DNA of 64,000 nucleotides from an uncultured Planctomycetaceae bacterium (GTDB lineage: Bacteria > Planctomycetota > Planctomycetia > Pirellulales > PALSA-1355). Each line of letters starts with the position of its first letter. Position 1 is the first letter of the stretch. Positions 38,068 through 48,047 of the stretch are shown here, one piece after another. The stretch lies in the NCBI GenBank assembly GCA_963785305.1, contig CAWAUV010000005.1:544001-608000 (forward strand), in the 5' to 3' direction. The notes beneath the pieces are model-generated. The model saw only the letters and a list, made by a program, of their open reading frames with translations. It had not been told where the DNA came from and made no database searches. Both the position numbers and the translations under genes were made by a program.

Positions 38068-39582
38068 AAATGTCCCCATAGGCGTTCATTAGAAATGTCC
38101 CCATTGTCGCGGCCTCGAAAGGAGGCTGCGATGGAGACATGGACGATGAGCGTCAAGGAGTTGCGGCGTTTGGTCGCGTGCTGGATAAGAGTTGGAGTTT
38201 GGCCGAGGCGGCGCGGCAGTTGAAGATCAGCTATCGCCAGGCCAAGCGGTCGTGGTCTCGTTACCAGCGAGATGGGACGGCCGGCTTGTCGCATGGACTG
38301 CGTGGCCGTGCTAGCAACCGTGGCCGGCGGAGCGAGCAACGGGAGCGGGCGTTGGAGCTGTTTCGAGAGAAATACGCGGACTACGGGCCGACCTTGGCGG
38401 CCGAATGCCTGGCGAGCGAAGACGGCTTGCGGGTTTCGGCGGGCTCGTTGCGGCGGTGGTTGCTTGCGGCGGGGCTGTGGACCCGGGAGCGACGGCGGGC
38501 CAAGCACCGCCGCCGCCGACCGCGGCGTCCGCGGCTTGGCGACTTGGAGCAGATGGACGGCTCGCATCACGACTGGTTCGAGGGACGCCGCGGCTGGGCC
38601 GTGCTGATGGTCATCATCGACGACGCGACGGGCGCGATTTACGCCCGGTTCTTCGAAGCCGAGACGTTGGAGGCGGCACAAGAAACGTTTGGCCGTTACG
38701 TCCGCCGACACGGCTTGCCAGCGGGATTGTACGTCGATCAGGCTAGCATTTATCGTGCGGATCGCGAGCCGACGCCGGAGGAGCTGGCCCGCGGAAAGCG
38801 GCCTGAAACGCAGTTCGGCCGGGCCATGCGCGAGCTGGACGTGGAACTGATCCTGGCCCGCAGCCCCCAGGCCAAAGGTCGCGTCGAGCGGGTCAACCGC
38901 ACGTTGCAAGATCGGCTGGTCAAGGCCTTGCGGCGATTCGGAATCAGCGACCTGACGAGCGCCAATGCGTTCTTGGAAGAGACGTTCCTGGGCGAGTTCA
39001 ATACACAATTCGGCCGATCGGCGGCCGACCCCAGCGACGCCCATCGGCCGCTGCCGGCGGGCGTGGACCTCGATCGGGTTCTCTCGGCGCGCGAACTGCG
39101 CACGGTGCAGTTCGACTGGACGATGCGTTGGCGAAACCGTTTCTTGCAATTGCCCGCCGAGTCGGCGCCTTTCGTCCAGCCCGGCCAGAAAGTGGAGGTG
39201 TGCCAACAGCCCGATGGGCGGCTGCGGATTTTCTCGGGCGGCCGCGAGTGGACTTGGACAGCGGCTGACGTTCGTCCGCCGGCGGGCGCAAGCGTCCGCA
39301 ACGGACCGGACCGACCGGTTCGAGCCAAGGCCAACGCCCAGCCGCCAACCACCCTTGGCGGGGCCGGAAACGCGCTCCCACGACCTTCCAAGAGCCCGAT
39401 CTTGTCGCCACCGGATGACGACCCCCCGGCCGCGAAAATTGGCTGCTATCACTCCGGCTCGCTAGCGCTCGCCTCCGTGATAGCAGCCAATTTTTCCTTT
39501 TCCAAAAACCCCCTCAACCCTTTAACCAACGGGGACATTTCTATTGAACGCCCAATGGGGACATTTCTAATGGTTGACAACA
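38052..39582 (+). mobile_element. IS1202/ISNCY-like insertion sequence, copy 2, flanked by an imperfect 18-bp direct repeat
   Basis: Same termini as copy 1. Flanks agattcgcaacacgccga (38034..38051) and agattcgcaaaacgccgg (39583..39600) match at 16/18. Confidence 0.9.
38131..39418 (+). pseudogene. Transposase of IS copy 2, frameshifted by a 10-bp deletion near the start
   Basis: Copy 1 reads ttgcggcgtttggccgcgtttggtcgcgtg, copy 2 reads ttgcggcgtttggtcgcgtg. Confidence 0.75.
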
Positions 39583-39601
39583 AGATTCGCAAAACGCCGG
39601 C

Positions 39602-39629
39602 TTGACGACCGGGGGCCGTTCGATAAAAT
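39602..39629 (+). promoter_or_regulatory. Candidate sigma70 promoter of rpsL
   Basis: TTGACG-N16-TAAAAT about 55 bp upstream of rpsL. Confidence 0.55.
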
Positions 39630-39682
39630 GAGCGATTCCCTGGAAATTGATTCCACCCGACCCGAATTATTAAAGCGATTTC

Positions 39683-40051
<369 letters not shown>

Positions 40052-40181
40052 TTGAAGGGTTGATCGGAGTCGGCCCTCTCGATCGCCGGGCGGCGCGCGG
40101 CAGCTAATTTTTGCTGTCGGCGTGTTCCTCGGCGATCAACTCGTTTCCTTTCTCTTGATCGCATGCTTCGAGGTATTCGTC

Positions 40182-40652
40182 ATGGGTCGTATTACTGCCA
40201 GTCGTAAGAAGCTGACTGGAGATCCGCGGTTTGATTCGCTACTCGCCGGTAAATTCATCAATTGCCTGATGCACGACGGCAAAAAGAGTACTGCCCAGAG
40301 CGTGTTTTACGACGCGCTCGAGATTGTGCATAAGCGGCTGCCCGACGTGGAGCCGATCGAGGTCTTCACCCAGGCGCTCGAGAATGTGAAGCCGGCGATC
40401 GAAGTTCGGTCGAAGCGCGTTGGCGGCGCCGCCTATCAGGTGCCCATGCAAGTAAATCGGCCGCGGCAGCAGTCGCTGGCCATTCGCTGGATTCTCATGG
40501 CGGTGCGGGAGCGCAAAGGCCGGGCCACGCATGAGAAACTGGCCGACGAGCTCGTGGCCGCTTACAACCGTGAAGGCGCCGCGATCTCGCGCCGCGAAAA
40601 TGTTCACCGCATGGCCGACGCCAACAAGGCGTTTGCCCATTTTGCTTGGTAA
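40182..40652 (+). CDS. rpsG: 30S ribosomal protein S7
   Basis: [38 protein letters not shown]. Confidence 0.97.
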   Translation: MGRITASRKKLTGDPRFDSLLAGKFINCLMHDGKKSTAQSVFYDALEIVHKRLPDVEPIEVFTQALENVKPAIEVRSKRVGGAAYQVPMQVNRPRQQSLAIRWILMAVRERKGRATHEKLADELVAAYNREGAAISRRENVHRMADANKAFAHFAW

Positions 40653-40804
40653 GGCACTCGGCGCGCTGCCGATCTTCCCTGCCTACGGCAAGTATTCTAT
40701 CACAGCTCAAAATTGTGCGTTGAACACGCACTGGCAAGCCGTCGAGCGCCGCTCGACGGCTTGCTTGCGTTTAGGGCTCGGCTCTCGAGCCTTCATCCGC
40801 GCGA

Positions 40805-41005
40805 TTATTTGCGCAAAATCAGCTTGCCATTTCGCGTCAGACTCAGCCGGTAGGCGTCAATGCCGTGGCGAATGATCACCTCGGGCTGACCTCGCAGTAG
40901 TTCGTGCGAATGCACTTCTCTGGGCGGCGGCCGAAGTTCGCCCGGGAAACTCGGCGGGGCTCCTGCCGCCTGGCACGCCGAGTCGTCGTCTGGAATCGAA
41001 ACCAT
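40805..41005 (-). CDS. hemP: Hemin uptake protein HemP-like
   Basis: SHELLRGQPEVIIRHGIDAYRLSLTRNGKLILRK. Confidence 0.85.
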   Translation of the reverse strand: MVSIPDDDSACQAAGAPPSFPGELRPPPREVHSHELLRGQPEVIIRHGIDAYRLSLTRNGKLILRK

Positions 41006-41071
41006 GATTGTCGCGCTGCGCTCGGAAAACTATTGGAATGATCGCTGGGCTCGGACCCGATTTTTAATGTT

Positions 41072-41113
41072 GATGAGAATGAATGTCAACAGCTATTGAT
41101 TTGCAGTCTCATT
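41072..41113. promoter_or_regulatory. Two Fur-box-like sites upstream of hemP
   Basis: gatgagaatgaatgtcaac (41072..41090) and minus-strand aatgagactgcaaatcaat (41095..41113) in an AT-rich patch. Confidence 0.5.
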
Positions 41114-41332
41114 AATCCCGGAAATTATTGCGGCGAGCTCGCCTCCGCGGAGTTTCCGAATCGTGGGCCGCGGGTTCGTTCTGTTGCCCGAGGACACGAG
41201 GCGGTATTCTCAACGGAAACATGGGTCGGACGATTGACCCCAAGTCTCAACTCGCCGCGCCGGCGCTTGTGCGAGTCCGAAGGGTCGATTCGCGCGAGCC
41301 GCAATTTGCCCACTCAACCGAGCGAACTTTTC

Positions 41333-41935
41333 ATGACACGCGTGCTCATCACCGCGTTTGAGCCCTATGACCGCTGGACGACCAACTCCAGTTGGCTCGC
41401 GCTCGTCGAGTTCACGCGTGCCTTGCCGGAGCGTCCGAAGATCACGACCCGCCGCTATCCGGTCGACTTCGCGATCGTGAAACAGCGGCTCGCCGAGGAT
41501 TTGGCGGCCAATTTCGACTACGCGATTCTCTTGGGTCAGGCGCCGGGCGCCACTCGGGTGCAACTCGAAGCGATCGGACTCAATATCGGCGGAGCCCACG
41601 GCGCCGATCCCGGCGGCTATGCCCCGCTCACCGACGATGGGCCGGTCGCGTATCGCAGTCCCTTGCCATTGGCGACGATCGCGGCGCGGCTCCGGCAAAA
41701 TGGCGTTCCCGCGCAGGTCTCGTATCATGCCGGCACATATCTGTGCAATGCGGCGCTGTATTATGCCTGTTATTTGGCCGAACGGCTCGGGCTGCGAACT
41801 CAATCCGCGTTCGTGCATTTGCCGCTCGACTTTTCGCAAACGATCGGCTTCGCGGAAAACCTGCCGGCAATGCCGTCGTTGGTCTCGGCGCAAGCGCTGC
41901 GGACGATCGTCGAAACCCTGGTCGAAGAAGTTTGA
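41333..41935 (+). CDS. pcp: Pyroglutamyl-peptidase I
   Basis: VLITAFEPY, LGQAPG, QLEAIGLN, SYHAGTYLCN, AFVHLP. Confidence 0.9.
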   Translation: MTRVLITAFEPYDRWTTNSSWLALVEFTRALPERPKITTRRYPVDFAIVKQRLAEDLAANFDYAILLGQAPGATRVQLEAIGLNIGGAHGADPGGYAPLTDDGPVAYRSPLPLATIAARLRQNGVPAQVSYHAGTYLCNAALYYACYLAERLGLRTQSAFVHLPLDFSQTIGFAENLPAMPSLVSAQALRTIVETLVEEV

Positions 41936-42024
41936 GGCGCCCGTCGCGCCGCCGCCCTCGAAGACGTTTTCGACTCTTTGACGTCCCGATTTGCAAGCAA
42001 TCGCGAGAAGAAGACGAGGCCGCC

Positions 42025-42540
42025 GTGCAAAACGTAGTGATCGACAAGCCCTATGTTCCCGTTCCTCCGGCGCGGGGACGCTTTTGGCCGTGGCTGCTGC
42101 AAAAATGCGCGCGACCGTATTTGAATTCCGTGTTTGGCGTGACCGCGGTTCGCGTCGAGGGGCTCGAGCGGCTGAAGGCATCGCTCGTCGTGGGCGATGG
42201 CATCGTGTTGGCCCCCAATCACTGCCGGCCCTACGATCCGCTCGTCGCTCAGGAAATGGCAAGGCAGGCCGGCACGACGCTCTTCGTGCTCGCCAGTTGG
42301 CATGTGTTCATGCAAAACCGATGGCAAGCGTGGTTCATGCGGCAATCGGGCGCGTTCAGCATCTATCGCGAGGGCATGGATCGCACGGCCATGAACACCG
42401 CGATCGAGATCGTGGCCGGGGCCGAGCGACCGTTGCTGTTGTTTCCCGAAGGGGTGGTGAGTCGCACGAACGACCGGCTCGGCTCGCTCATGGAGGGCAC
42501 AAGCTTTATCGCCCGCGCCGCGGCGAAGCGGCGCGCCGGT
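42025..42540 (+). pseudogene. PlsC-like lysophospholipid acyltransferase, apparently 3'-truncated
   Basis: APNHCRPYD and LFPEG motifs; the sequence turns into the antisense of the nuclease gene at about 42540, before the expected PVAI-type block. Confidence 0.65.
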
Positions 42541-43237
42541 TCGACTCGCTCCGGGCGCAAGCCACCGCCAAGCGATCGACCGTCGGCTGCTTGGTCTTCG
42601 AGATCACGGCGAATTCCAGCCGAACCGGCTTGCCGGGCATGAGGCGGCCCACGAGCTCGCTGTAGAGCAGCAGTTGCTCGGCGGCGGCGTCGGCTTGGTC
42701 CTGGCTCCAGCGGCCGCGCGAGGTCTTAAGATCCGTGACGACGAGTTCGGCCGGCGTGTCGATGAGCAAGTCAACGCGGGCCAGCAGGTCGGGACAGCCG
42801 GGCACGATCGCGCCGCGAAGTTCTTCCTCGACGCCGATGACCGTGCCCGCGGGCCGGGCCAGTTCGCTGGTCCGAAAAGCCCGCAGCATGCGCTCGGCGA
42901 GCCGGCCGAGCGTGTCGCGAGTTTCGTCCTTGCCGAAGAGAATCTCGCAGTCGCCGCGCTGATTCCAAGCGTCCTGATATTCGGCCAGCAGCAGGTCGAT
43001 GTCCGGCGGCGTCTCGCCGGCCATCAATCGATTGAAGTGCAGTTCTACGGCTTTGTGCATTGCGCCGCCGAAAATCAGGCCACTGGAAACGGTCGGCTCG
43101 GGCAGCCCGGCCACATAACGAAAGAAATAACGGAGCGGGCATGCCTGATACGTGCCGATCGCCGAATAACTGATATAGTTCCGGCCGGTCAGATTCTCGG
43201 CAATCAGGTTAGGCGCGGCTCGGTCGACGGTAATCAT
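42506..43237 (-). pseudogene. PD-(D/E)XK RecB/Cas4-like nuclease, apparently lacking its C-terminus
   Basis: ISYSAIGTYQACPLRY, GGAMH, RVDLL, VTDLKTS, QLLLY; the C-terminal Cys cluster is absent. Confidence 0.7.
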
Positions 43238-43749
43238 CGCCGACCTCCGGGCTGCTGGGATTGTCCCTTGAGGTCGTCGATCAGCGCGCTGGCTTCGGTG
43301 ATGGCGAGCTCGTCGGCTTGGGCGACGCCGTAACGGGATCGCAGGAGATCGCCAAGTTCGATGCCTTGCCGATCGGCGATGGCGAACAAGGCGCGCACTT
43401 GGCTCGCCGTGGCCCGCCTCGTGCCGTCGCGGCGCTGGCCGCTGCCATGACCGTTGCTTTGACCGCTGCCATGACCATTGCTATGACCGCTGCCGTTCGA
43501 CGAAGCCGCCGCCGCGTGGCCATTAGCGGCGTGGCCGCTCGTGTTTTGGCTGCTCGCGTATTGGCCGTTCAATTCTTCTTCAACGGATGCTTTGGCCAGT
43601 CCGAACAAGAATCGAATGCGTTCGCGCAGCCGGTCCGGTTCGGAAGCGAGGCCCGCGTCGCATTCGAGTTCGAGGTTCACCGAGGCCCCGCGGCTTCCGT
43701 AGTTCGCTTCGCCCGACTTGCGGTTGAAGCCGATGTTGAGTTTGAGCAT
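43234..43749 (-). CDS. Hypothetical protein (conserved-looking N- and C-terminal domains, SNGHGSGQ-repeat linker)
   Basis: Good RBS (aaggaa); stop overlaps the next start; motifs YGSRGASVNLELE and ATASQVRALFAI. Confidence 0.7.
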   Translation of the reverse strand: MLKLNIGFNRKSGEANYGSRGASVNLELECDAGLASEPDRLRERIRFLFGLAKASVEEELNGQYASSQNTSGHAANGHAAAASSNGSGHSNGHGSGQSNGHGSGQRRDGTRRATASQVRALFAIADRQGIELGDLLRSRYGVAQADELAITEASALIDDLKGQSQQPGGRR

Positions 43750-43841
43750 TGATATTCCTTTCCAAGTTCGAATCCGCTGGTCGCACGGCTCGCGCCGCCG
43801 CGGCTCGCAACAACGACTTGCATCGTTATTTCGACAGGCGG

Positions 43842-45366
43842 TTAGCTCGCCATCTTCTGTAGCGACTTGAGCGACTCCAGCGTGTTCTTGAAGACCTTGT
43901 TTTGGCGATTCTGGTGCTTGAACTCGCGGGCCAGTTCATTGGCGAGTTTTGCGGCCGCGTGCAACGTGTCGCGGAGCGCGATCGCCTGCACGAAAGGCGT
44001 CTTGGCCGTGGCGGCCGGCGCCGAACGCTGGCGAGACTTTCGGCTGGCCGCCGGATCGTCTGTCATCGTGTTTTGCATGTTCGTGCTTTCCGGGATTGAG
44101 CTTTGCGCGATTGGGCTTCGTGTGATTGAGCCTTCCGCGATCGCGCTTCGCGTGGCCGGCGCACCGGCCATTGAAGACTCAGTCGGGGCGTTTGTATTCC
44201 GAGGCATGGTTTTCTCCCGGGCTCGAGGACGGTGAACTGAAACCCCGGCGCTCGCGGCGGGCGACTCGATGCGCACGGGATCGATCGCCTCGCCCGCCGT
44301 TTTCTCCGCTTCGAGCCCCATCCAAAGATAGGTGCGGCGATCATCGTGGCACTGAATCGCGGCGCCTGGGCCGAAGCACGCGAACTGGTCGAAGCCCAGC
44401 CGCAGTGCCCGCGCTAGATAGCTGCGGTTCATGTGGACCGAGGCCGGATCGCCGCTGGTGGAACTGTTCGTAAGCGTCAGTTCCAGCGGCCGGGGCTGCT
44501 CGTCGCCGCTGGCCCGAAGCGCGACGTGGCCATTTAGGCCCAGCGTGATCGGCCGATCCGGAGCGTTTCGGCCCGGCAGATCGTCGAGCCGCGGCAACAA
44601 GAATTCGGCGTCGGACTTGGCCAGCGTCCAGCGGCTGAGCGCCGTGGCCTGGGGCCGGACGATGCTGTCGACCTGGGGGAAACGGCCTTCTTTGTTGATC
44701 GGCAGCCAGACGGTCCATGTATCGCCGCCGACCGTCACATGCTGGTCGGTGGCCCCGATCGCGATCGGTCCATCGTCGCTGAACTCCGGCGCGAAACACC
44801 GGACTGCCCGGGATCAGCAAGTCTCCCGTCCAGGGAAACTCGCAGTCTCGCTGAACGAGCAGTTGCCGGCCATCGGAGGCCGCGATGCTGCCCGACCCGC
44901 CGCGAAGCGCGAGACAACTCAAGGCATAACGGCCGGCATGCGGATCGGTCGTGTCGGTGGCATCGCCGAGCGCGCGCAGCAGGCCGGCGTCGGTGCTCCA
45001 AACTTCGACGGGCCGTGCGGGATGGCTCGGCAGTTCCTTGGCAGGCCGCCGACAAAACGCCTGCTGGGGAATGCCGCGATGCCGCCACTGAAACGTGACG
45101 CTCTCGGCGCCGGGCGCGAAGCTCACCAGCTCCGGCGACTTGGCCTCGCACGCGGCGAGCTGCTCCAGAAGCACATGAAACTCCGCCGGCTCGAACCGGC
45201 CCCGCAGGCGGTGTTCGAGCGCGGCGTCGCCTCGGGCCGCGCGGAGAACAAGCACCTCCGGCGCGGCGACGACCGAGAGCCAGACGCTCTCATCGCGAGC
45301 CCGGCCGAACAGCCGCTTGGCCATGGCGCGAAACGATTTGAGAACGGATTTTGGAATGGCGATCAT
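43842..45366 (-). CDS. DNA sliding clamp (DnaN/beta)-like protein with C-terminal extension (frameshift near 44785)
   Basis: RYALSCLAL, IAASDGRQL, EGRFPQVDSIV and MNRSYLARAL resemble the beta-clamp motifs R.L.G, ATDG.RL, G.FP.Y..V and N..YL.D.L. Confidence 0.55.
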
Positions 45367-45483
45367 GCAATGCTCCTTGAAAACGCAAAAGCCGCGGCGG
45401 GCCGAGAAAGATCCTCGGCCGCCACGGCGGAATACGAGCAAGAAACCCCGGCGGCGTCTCGGCGCGGCGTCAGGCGGCGGTTT

Positions 45484-45678
45484 TCAGGCGGCGGCTTTCA
45501 GGCGTTTCGGCGTGCGCTGGACTCGGCGGGGAAGTTCGACCGGATAGATCGTGTCCCAGTCGATGATGAGCGGTTCCAGTTCGGGCGGCTCGACGAGTTG
45601 GAAACCGCGACTGCGGATCGTGCCCAGTGTTTCGCCGGTGACGCTGGAAAGTTCACGTTCGAGTTCGGCTTGGGTCAT
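45484..45678 (-). CDS. Small hypothetical protein
   Basis: MTQAELERELSSVTGETLGTIRSRGF, RBS gaaagg, co-directional with the cassette. Confidence 0.6.
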   Translation of the reverse strand: MTQAELERELSSVTGETLGTIRSRGFQLVEPPELEPLIIDWDTIYPVELPRRVQRTPKRLKAAA

Positions 45679-45794
45679 GGGAAAATGCCTTTCTGTTTGG
45701 ACAAAACACAGCCGCGCGCGAGCGCGGCCTGGGAAGGAAGAACAGAACCATCACAAAAAAACGCCGCTCGAGAGTCGAGGCGACGATTCGGACT

Positions 45795-46058
45795 TCAGGA
45801 ACGGCCCTTGGCAGGCCAGCTTGCTTCGTGCCAGTTCGCTTCGAGCCAAGCGGCTTCGGCGGCGAGCGCCAAGCCGCGGGACGGGAAGGGGCCCAAAACC
45901 GGTCCCGCGACCGGCGAGAGATCGGCCCGCCACTGGCCATCGGTCGTGGGCTCGACATGGCTGGCGCGGCGAATGGCGAGAGCGCCGAGTCGCCCGAGGT
46001 CGATCGCTTCGCCGTAGACACAGCGAATTTCGCCCGCTGGAGAAATTATCAATTGCAT
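45795..46058 (-). CDS. Small hypothetical protein
   Basis: MQLIISPAGEIRCVYGEAIDL...RRASHVEP; starts 4 bp after the upstream stop. Confidence 0.65.
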   Translation of the reverse strand: MQLIISPAGEIRCVYGEAIDLGRLGALAIRRASHVEPTTDGQWRADLSPVAGPVLGPFPSRGLALAAEAAWLEANWHEASWPAKGRS

Positions 46059-46062
46059 TGCG

Positions 46063-47092
46063 TCAGCCCTCGCTCTCGGCGACGGGACGCGTGGCCTCGC
46101 GATTCGTAGCGATGGGGCTTGCGGCCTCGGGGCTTGCGGCCTCGGAATTTACCGCCCCGCGTAAAATTCGTCGTCGCGGGCGATCAACGAGCATTCCGGC
46201 GAGGGCGGCCTCGACGCCGGCAAGCTGCGTGGCCACGTGTTGCCTGAGGCTCGCGCTCTTGCGCAGTTCCCACGGCTCGACGCCGCGGAGGGTTCGTTGG
46301 GCCTGGGCCACCAGCGAGTCGAGCTGCTCGTTGGACCGCACGTTCAAATGCCGGAACCGCTCGAAGAACTCGCTCAGATTCTCGACGGCCGAATTACGAA
46401 ACACTTTCGGCTTGCCGTCTTCCTGGCCGCTCAAGCGCTCGGTCAGATGCGCGACCAGCTTGGCCAGTTCGTCGGTGAAGGCGTGTTCGGCCAACCGCAC
46501 GGCCTCTTCGAAGCGGGCCCGCACGCGCTGGCATTCCTGCTGGTAGAGCTCGGGGCTGAGTTGCCGCAGGTAATCGGGCGGCTCGACCGATGGAAAATCC
46601 CAGGCCAGCGCGAACAGGCCGTCCAGCGTCGCGGGGTAATCCGCCGGGTTGAACAAGCTGCCCAGCCGCTCCCGGGCCGCCGATCGCAGTTCGGCGTAAT
46701 GCTCCTCCAGCCGTCCGACCGCTTCGGCCAGTTCCGCCTGGAGCGAGGTCATTTGCACATCGAACGCCGCGATGTCGTCTTGGCGAATCAAACGAATGCC
46801 GGGCTCGGGATAGGGTAGCGCGATGCCTTTCCAGAAGCTAAGCACGCGACCCCGGATGGTTGTCAGCGCTTTGAACGCCGGATGCGAAGTATCCAGCAGT
46901 TTCTTGCCGGCCGAGAGGAACTGGCCTTCGGCGCCGAACGCGTCGGCGGCTTGGGCGCGCTGCGCGGGCGTGAGCGTCTTGCGCGTGCCAAGCCACGTAA
47001 ACGCGACCCGCGCGGCGGCCATCGAGGCGCAGGCGAGCGGCCGAAGGATCGACCGTCTCGGACGTGGGGGATTCATCGAGTAATGTGCTCAT
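46063..47092 (-). CDS. DUF3150-like helical protein (frameshift near 47030)
   Basis: About 340 aa: LSAGKKLLD, LPYPEPGIRLI, FNPADYP, LTERLSG...KPKVFRNSAVENL. Family assignment from memory. Confidence 0.55.
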
Positions 47093-47240
47093 GAGAACCA
47101 TCTCCAGGCTTTGTCTTGAAGGAAAGATATTTTCAGGGACCCCGCGATAGCGGATTCGGCAAGGTCCTACGACGATTTGACTTTGACTTTTCTTGAGAGA
47201 AACTAGAGGGAACATTTCAAGATGGCCGAGAACACGCAGC

Positions 47241-47894
47241 ATGCTTCGCGATCTGGCTGACAAATGGGCGACGATCCATATCCCGGATCCCGTGGTCCGA
47301 AAGGACTTCCTGCGGAGTTTCGATGCAGCCGTTCGCAAGAAGATCGATTTCTACTTGCTGATCGGCTCGAAGCTGATGCGTCAGCCCACGGCGCGCCTGG
47401 TGCATTGCTTCGCGAACGAATTGTTCATCTTTTCGCTCAGTCGCGGCCAAGCGATAAGTTTCGGGGTGAAGCCGGCCTGGATGAGTTGCACCGAGGGCAA
47501 CCCATGCCAGCTCCCCGATCCTGGCGGCCCGACGTTGCTGACCCTTTACAATGTACGGCTCGCGGGCGGAACAACTCTCCAGGGATGCGATCCGGTCGTC
47601 GGTTCTTGCCAGTATTCCGCCAGTGGGAACGTATCCCTTCCGTATGCTCTTGAAATGGAATATGCGATTCACGGGAAAGCCCGCGTGAAATGCTGGTTTT
47701 ACCCAACTTGTCGGCTTCAAGCGGAAGGGGGTTTTTCATTCAGCTTCGCTCCGATCAAGCGTCCCGACCAGGACTACCCTTGGCGGGGCGCCACGACATT
47801 GTTCTTCAGGGTATTTCACGTGCCGAACTCCAGGACGGACGAAGGCCGCCAGCCGGTCAGCAACGCCTGCGCGGCCCTTGTCGATGTCGTGTGA
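47241..47894 (+). CDS. Hypothetical cargo protein, opposite strand, more AT-rich
   Basis: Uninterrupted ORF 47193..47894 with a protein-like composition; no recognised motif. Confidence 0.5.
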   Translation: MLRDLADKWATIHIPDPVVRKDFLRSFDAAVRKKIDFYLLIGSKLMRQPTARLVHCFANELFIFSLSRGQAISFGVKPAWMSCTEGNPCQLPDPGGPTLLTLYNVRLAGGTTLQGCDPVVGSCQYSASGNVSLPYALEMEYAIHGKARVKCWFYPTCRLQAEGGFSFSFAPIKRPDQDYPWRGATTLFFRVFHVPNSRTDEGRQPVSNACAALVDVV

Positions 47895-48047
47895 TCGGCA
47901 AGGGAACGGTAAATGCAAACGGGGCGATCCCAGTGTCGGGCGCCTAACATCCGCCGAGGAGTGATGACGCGGGCGGCGACGTCATTGAGCGACCGGGCTT
48001 CGCCTGATCTCAATCGCCGTGGGCATTTTCTGGAACAACAATAAAAA

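Noticed and set aside
31182..39582. Composite transposon that delivered hyfBCEF
   Set aside because: The outer flanks share no target duplication, and copy 2 has its own duplication.
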